Assembly: GCA_019358935.1 (NCBI GenBank)
Contig: JAHHIK010000056.1
Location: 1-54,809, forward strand
DNA length: 54,809 nt
Source: Tolypothrix carrinoi HA7290-LM1
Lineage (GTDB): Bacteria; Cyanobacteriota; Cyanobacteriia; Cyanobacteriales; Nostocaceae
Direction of reading: 5' to 3'
The stretch's first letter is position 1; every line of letters begins with the position of its first letter. The translations under genes and the position numbers were made by a program. The notes below the pieces were generated by a model that saw nothing but the letters and a program-made list of their open reading frames with translations, made no database searches and was not told the origin of the DNA. This document shows, one piece after another, positions 49,780 to 54,809 of this stretch.

Positions 49780-51711
49780 ATGTCTATTTTAAAAACATTA
49801 GAAACAATCGGTTTTGATTTGGGACACGGTGAAACAGCTGTAGCTAAAGCTATAGTGGAAAGCATCGAACCCCCAGAGATGCTTGAAATTAATAATAAGA
49901 AAAACCAAATTACGGCTCTTGGTTGGCATCCCAAACTCGGTTATCTTGTCGGAGAACAAGCATTAATCCAAGCTGGTGTTACAAGCTTGAAAATTTCTTT
50001 CAAGCAAAAACCAAACAACGATCCAAAATATCGGGAAACAATTACCACTTTTCTAGCAACCTACTACCACCTTTTGAAAGAAAGCAAACAAATCGAAGGT
50101 GGAGAAAGTAACTATTTTTACGTTGGTTGCCCTTCAGGATGGTCTGTTAGCGAACGAGAAGAATACCAAAAGCTACTTCAAGAAGCTGGCATTCCCCAGT
50201 TGAATGTTGTACCGGAATCGCGGGCTGCTTTTATGCAAGCCAAGGAAGCCGGTAAGCTGGAGTATGACAAACTCAAATCATCAGTGCTAATTGTCGATAT
50301 TGGTTCTTCGACCACAGATTTTACCTTGGTTAAGAGCTTACACGAAGTCCCGATAGATTTCGGGAGTAACGCTTTGGGAGCATCTTTAATTGACAAGGCT
50401 ATTTTTGCCCGCACTGTTGCCAAACACGAGCAATCATCCTTACTAGAAAAAGTATTTGCCCAATATCCACATCATCAAGCTCGTTGTGAACTTGCTTGCC
50501 GCAAAGCTAAGGAAGATTACTTTTCTAATGAACAGCTATACAGCGACCCTGAATCTTTTGCGCGTGGCTTCGAGTCTATTAACGAACAAATTTATTTTAT
50601 TCCCCAAGTTAATAAATTTATTATGGAGGAAATATTGAACCAACCTTTACCCCAATTAAAACAAAAAAGTTGGATTCAGTCATTCAAAGAAGCTGTCAGC
50701 GAGGCAAAAGAAAAGCTGGATAAACAAGACATCGTGCCGAAACTTGTGCTGATGACTGGGGGTGCATCCCGCATGAAGTTTACGCACCAAATTTGTCAAG
50801 AAATGTTTAGCGAACCAGAAACGCTTCTTCGACCCGATCCGGAACCAGAACGGTGTATTGCGCTGGGTTTAGCGCGAGTAGGACGATGGGATCTGCGTGC
50901 CACTGCCTTCAAACAAGAAGTCAACAAATTGTTTGACGGAAACTTGCTCAAAGGTCTGATTTCAAAACATATCCCGGAGTTAATTCAATCGTTAACTAAG
51001 CCGTTAGCAGATGATTTGATTGAAAACGCAGTTAAACAAAATTTAAAAGACTGGCAGAAAAACAAAGTACGGACATTAGCCGATTTGGAAACATCTATGA
51101 AGAGTCGGGCAGAGCAGTGGTTAATAAGCGATCGCGTTCAGCAGATAATTAACAATCAATGCACTTCTTGGTTTAACAATAAAATCCAACCCGACTTAGC
51201 CGCAGAAACCGACCCAATATGTCGAAAGTATCAGATACCTAGAAGCAGTTTAAGATTTGAGGATAGTATTGATCCAACTTTTGTCAACCCAGAATTACGA
51301 ATTGGAGATGCTATCCTTGCCGACACAGTGGCATTTATCGTCAATGTAGTAATTGGTGGAGGCACTATCGCTAGCATCATCACTCTAATACTAACCGGAC
51401 ACTTGACTTTGCCGATTGCACTGGTATATGGAGCTTCAGTGATGGCAGCAGGAATGGAGCTAAATCGCAAAAGTGTCAAAGAGGCAATTAAGACAAATGT
51501 TGATGTCCCCAGTTGGATGCGTTCTACTTTTTTGAGCGACAGGAAAATTGACGATATGTGCGTTTCAATAAAGCCTGAGTTAGAGAAGGTTCTTCGAGAA
51601 CAACTGACAGCGAATCAAGAGGCTTTTGACCAACTGATTGAGAAAGTTGGGCAAAAACTGCAAAAAGCTCTTTCCACGAAGGTTGAAGAGGCAATAATTC
51701 TGATTCAATAG
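49780..51711 (+). CDS. Non-canonical Hsp70/actin-fold ATPase with helical C-terminus and hydrophobic hairpin
   Basis: GFDLGHGET (phosphate-1), PESRAA, VDIGSSTTDF (phosphate-2) and TGGASRM (adenosine). No recognisable DnaK substrate-binding beta-domain. Confidence 0.85.
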   Translation: MSILKTLETIGFDLGHGETAVAKAIVESIEPPEMLEINNKKNQITALGWHPKLGYLVGEQALIQAGVTSLKISFKQKPNNDPKYRETITTFLATYYHLLKESKQIEGGESNYFYVGCPSGWSVSEREEYQKLLQEAGIPQLNVVPESRAAFMQAKEAGKLEYDKLKSSVLIVDIGSSTTDFTLVKSLHEVPIDFGSNALGASLIDKAIFARTVAKHEQSSLLEKVFAQYPHHQARCELACRKAKEDYFSNEQLYSDPESFARGFESINEQIYFIPQVNKFIMEEILNQPLPQLKQKSWIQSFKEAVSEAKEKLDKQDIVPKLVLMTGGASRMKFTHQICQEMFSEPETLLRPDPEPERCIALGLARVGRWDLRATAFKQEVNKLFDGNLLKGLISKHIPELIQSLTKPLADDLIENAVKQNLKDWQKNKVRTLADLETSMKSRAEQWLISDRVQQIINNQCTSWFNNKIQPDLAAETDPICRKYQIPRSSLRFEDSIDPTFVNPELRIGDAILADTVAFIVNVVIGGGTIASIITLILTGHLTLPIALVYGASVMAAGMELNRKSVKEAIKTNVDVPSWMRSTFLSDRKIDDMCVSIKPELEKVLREQLTANQEAFDQLIEKVGQKLQKALSTKVEEAIILIQ

Positions 51712-51817
51712 CGGTGATGCGGTTGTCTGGCATCTTTTTAATTTGCAGTGCAAACTTGATAAATTATAGGAGGCTGAGTAAGGTAATAACTAAAAACGAA
51801 CTGGGAGTGACATACTC

Positions 51818-53050
51818 CTACACTGATGCTGACGCATACAGTGTAGGCTTCTCAGTGACCCCTGCTATTGCATCGGGCGTAGCCTGAGATTTAAGAACGG
51901 AATGCCCTACCGCTCTGTGTTTGATATTAATCGCTGCGTTGTGGTCACGATCTAGCGTTAGTCCGCATTTAGGACAGATATGAAGTCTATCCTTCAATTG
52001 TTTCGGAACTTTCGTACCGCATCTAGAGCAGTTTTGAGAAGTGCCGTTTGGATTCACAGCAATGGCAAGCAATCCGGCTCTTTCAGCCTTGATTGAGAGA
52101 ATTTGCAGGAATTGACCCCATCCAGCATCGTGAGTAGATTTTGCGAGTCTGGTTCTCGCAATACCTTTGATGTTTAGCTTTTCATGTGCAACATGCTTCT
52201 CTTGAGATAAAAGCTTTTTCGCTGTTTTGTAGTGAAAATCTTTGCGTTGATTCGAGACTTTCAGATGCGCCTTACCGACTCGTTTAATCGCTTTCTTGCG
52301 ACGGTTAGACCCCTTCTTCTTACGAGACAATCCACGCTGCAACCGTTTCAACTGTTTTTCTGCTTTGCGGTAGTGCTGAGGAATGGCAACCTCTTTTCCG
52401 GAATCATCGACTAGGAACGACTTCAACCCCATATCAATCCCGATGGTATTGTCCATTTCTGGAGTATCAGGAGTGAGAGCAGGAACGGATGGGTCTTCGA
52501 GGCTTAACACAACGTACCAACCATCTACTTTACGGGTAATAGTGGCAGTCTTGATCTTGAATCCATCCGGCAAGGGACGGTGCTGGATCAGCTTCACCAA
52601 ACCGATTTTCGGCAGCTTGATCAAATTGCCTTGAATGCAATCCTGTTTCATCTGAGGGAAGGTGAATGAGCGATAGCGCCCAATTCCCTTAAACCTTGGC
52701 TTCCCCGATTTCTTGCCGTTGCAGTCTCCTTTCAGCCATCGGTCAAAGGTCTTTTTCACTCGCTCAACACAATCCTGAAGCACTTGAGAATGAATCTGTT
52801 TGTACTCAGAAAACAACGCTTTTGAGTTGACCAAATCGCGCTTCTGAAAATAGAAATCGGGATTCTCTCGCAATTTTGGCAAGTAGCAGATTAACGGACA
52901 AGCGTTGATTTCACAGCGATTCTGTTCATACCAAGAAAACCGCTCACCTAAACGATAGTTGTACTGCCTACGCAACAATTCCAACCAATCACCCATTAAG
53001 GTGATTTGGTCGTAACTAGGACGTAAACGATACTGGTAAGCGGTTCTCAC
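51818..53050 (-). CDS. tnpB: TnpB RNA-guided endonuclease
   Basis: AYQYRLRP; RuvC GIDMG / HEKL / DRDHNAA; Zn finger CSRC..CPKC. Confidence 0.96.
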   Translation of the reverse strand: MRTAYQYRLRPSYDQITLMGDWLELLRRQYNYRLGERFSWYEQNRCEINACPLICYLPKLRENPDFYFQKRDLVNSKALFSEYKQIHSQVLQDCVERVKKTFDRWLKGDCNGKKSGKPRFKGIGRYRSFTFPQMKQDCIQGNLIKLPKIGLVKLIQHRPLPDGFKIKTATITRKVDGWYVVLSLEDPSVPALTPDTPEMDNTIGIDMGLKSFLVDDSGKEVAIPQHYRKAEKQLKRLQRGLSRKKKGSNRRKKAIKRVGKAHLKVSNQRKDFHYKTAKKLLSQEKHVAHEKLNIKGIARTRLAKSTHDAGWGQFLQILSIKAERAGLLAIAVNPNGTSQNCSRCGTKVPKQLKDRLHICPKCGLTLDRDHNAAINIKHRAVGHSVLKSQATPDAIAGVTEKPTLYASASV

Positions 53051-53108
53051 TTGAAAAATTTAATTAGTGTTACTGTCTGAGTATACACCAATAAACAAAA
53101 GATTCCGC

Positions 53109-53519
53109 ATGAAAAATGATTTTGTTTCTAGAGGTCGCTCTGTCTCTGACTTAAAAGCTCATTTAGTGCTGACAACAAAATACCGAAGAAAGCTGTTCAC
53201 CAAAAAAATGCTAGATCGATTGTACGAAATCTTTGAAGACTTACTTGAAAAGTGGGAGTGCAAAGTTATCGAATTTAACGGTGAAGAAAACCATGTTCAT
53301 TTACTGTTTCAATACCATCCAGGGGTTGAACTGAGTAAGTTGGTCAATAACATCAAAACCGTAACCAGTCGCCGTCTACGGTCGGAATTTGAAAGTAGAG
53401 TCGATGAGTTCTATCACAAAGATGTTTTATGGAATGGCTCTTACTTCATTGCGTCCTGTGGCGGGGTTACGGTTTCAGCACTGAAGCGGTACATCGAAAA
53501 TCAAGATTCTCCGTCTTGA
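53109..53519 (+). CDS. tnpA: IS200/IS605 Y1 HUH transposase
   Basis: HLVLTTKYRR, NHVHLL (HUH), W..SYF and YIENQ; ATG at 53109. Confidence 0.96.
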   Translation: MKNDFVSRGRSVSDLKAHLVLTTKYRRKLFTKKMLDRLYEIFEDLLEKWECKVIEFNGEENHVHLLFQYHPGVELSKLVNNIKTVTSRRLRSEFESRVDEFYHKDVLWNGSYFIASCGGVTVSALKRYIENQDSPS

Positions 53520-53725
53520 TGCCTGAAAGATGGTTAATTGCGGTGCTGGTATCTTCTCGCGTCGAACATAATTCAGATACCGCACCGCAATTAACGCGCC
53601 ATTCATCTCACGCCAAATCAGAGATTATGGACGTGAGGCTTCTGTCTTATCAAGCTAAAGATCGCCTACAAAACGGTTTATCAGCTTGTGCGCTATTATA
53701 ACGGTGCCAAACTAAGTTGCCATAG

Positions 53726-54688
53726 TTACACGCCTGAGTAGGGTGCTAGGGCTAAAGTTTTCGTTACTTCGGCAAGGAGAAAGCGATCGCAGAGGTTAAA
53801 TAGTTCTACCTCGGTCTGTGTCTGTCGCATCAGCCGCAGGAAATGACCTTCAGCGTCAACACTCAGGGCAATGTAGTTGAGGAACATTTTCAGGTAGCCT
53901 ACACGCGATCGCACTGGAAACTTTGCCGCTGTAGGGGTTTGCCATAAACGATCAATATAGTTGCGTACCTCTACTAAAGGAACGGGTGCGATCGGCTCGG
54001 ACTGCAAAGCCTGCCGAATTTGATTAAAAATCCAAGGATTCCCGATCGCCCAGCGTCCCACCATCACACCTGCCGCACCCGTTTGAGAAAGCACTTCAAG
54101 GGCAGTTTTCGCAGAGTCGATATTACCATTGGCAAGCACTGGACAATGAACCCGTCTGACCGCTTCAGCAATCAAATCATATTTCACTACCCCGTGGTAC
54201 ATATCTTTCACCGTGCGACCATGCAAACTCAGCAAATCAATGCTGTGGCGATTGATGATATCTAGAATTTCATAAAAGGTATCTGTATTTTCAAAGCCAA
54301 CGCGCATCTTGACCGTCAAAGGGCGATCGTTCACAGCAGAACGCAGTTCTCCCAAAATCCGATCCACTTTTTCCGGTGAAAGCAGCAATCCACCCCCAAC
54401 ATTTTTGCGATAAATTCTAGGTGCTGGACAGCCCATGTTCAAGTCAACTCCAGCGATATTATAGCGGCAGAGTTCCCGTGCTGTTCTTACTAAGTCTGGA
54501 ATGCTTTCGCCAATCATTTGAGCAAAAACGGGGCGACCCGTGTCGTTTTCGGTGATTGCTGCCAGAATGTTACGATTGAGTCGTGAGGTATCATTCACGC
54601 GGAAATACTCGGTGAAGAAGTAGTCAGGACTGCCGTAGTGGGCAATGACCTTCATAAACCAGAGGTTTGTCACATCCTGCATCGGGGA
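53726..54688 (-). CDS. dus: tRNA-dihydrouridine synthase family protein; native 5' end apparently replaced
   Basis: PMQDVT, VDLNMGCP, GGGLL, TVKMRVG, HGRT, ANGNI and GVMVGR. The sequence upstream of PMQ (LWRLDYS) lacks the LAPM motif. Confidence 0.88.
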   Translation of the reverse strand, partial: SPMQDVTNLWFMKVIAHYGSPDYFFTEYFRVNDTSRLNRNILAAITENDTGRPVFAQMIGESIPDLVRTARELCRYNIAGVDLNMGCPAPRIYRKNVGGGLLLSPEKVDRILGELRSAVNDRPLTVKMRVGFENTDTFYEILDIINRHSIDLLSLHGRTVKDMYHGVVKYDLIAEAVRRVHCPVLANGNIDSAKTALEVLSQTGAAGVMVGRWAIGNPWIFNQIRQALQSEPIAPVPLVEVRNYIDRLWQTPTAAKFPVRSRVGYLKMFLNYIALSVDAEGHFLRLMRQTQTEVELFNLCDRFLLAEVTKTLALAPYSGV

Positions 54689-54809
54689 GTAATCTAAACG
54701 CCATAGACCGTAACAAGTCGTAGCAATACGGACTCCCCCAGACCACTCCTTAAGCAAGAGTAGCTGTTATCTCTAAGCGTTAAAGTTCGTACCTTGGGGT
54801 GTCGAGCAG

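Larger units (their letters stand above)
51807..53648 (-). mobile_element. Complete IS200/IS605-family element (IS605 group, divergent tnpA/tnpB)
   Basis: Left end follows TTGAT (53653-53649, minus strand) with a subterminal hairpin. Right end is a CCTACACTG..CAGTGTAGG hairpin ending in TCAC at 51807. No TIR or TSD. Confidence 0.88.

Noticed and set aside
53109..53519. tnpA as the RAYT mobilising the GTAG REPs
   Set aside because: It is a standard IS605 TnpA paired with tnpB and IS ends, and is not flanked by REPs

Overview
Chromosomal window from a filamentous, probably heterocyst-forming (Nostocales-type) cyanobacterium. Evidence: dense HIP1 octamers (GCGATCGC), 7-9-nt STRR tandem repeats, and psb28, por, petF, crtO and xisH/xisI. 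Most of the window is housekeeping or typical accessory genes: dtd, psb28, moaB-like, mraY, fibrillin, a PotD-like binding protein, por, map, bvdR, petF, spoIID-like, srxA, dps, a 7-PAS histidine kinase, a STAS/RsbU pair, a phosphoketolase, two P450s and crtO. The notable items are: (1) a Streptomyces-style melC1-melC2 (Tat caddie plus tyrosinase) operon between ~59-bp direct repeats that end in HIP1, next to an SDR gene cut at that HIP1; the caddie has no histidine. (2) An EamA transporter between 301-bp direct repeats of the xisH 5' region. (3) An uncharacterised operon encoding a membrane GrpE-like protein and a non-canonical Hsp70-fold ATPase with a hydrophobic hairpin. (4) A complete IS605 element with predictable TAM and guide. 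(5) A dus gene whose conserved N-terminus looks replaced at the LAPM motif, suggesting an integrated element continues past the right edge. (6) An orphan tnpB-3'/omegaRNA-like remnant directly upstream of por. (7) Many nested very small mobile repeats that split HIP1 sites and alter coding sequences (mraY C-terminus, an AraC gene, the kinase). All family calls come from motif recognition by eye; no database search was run.
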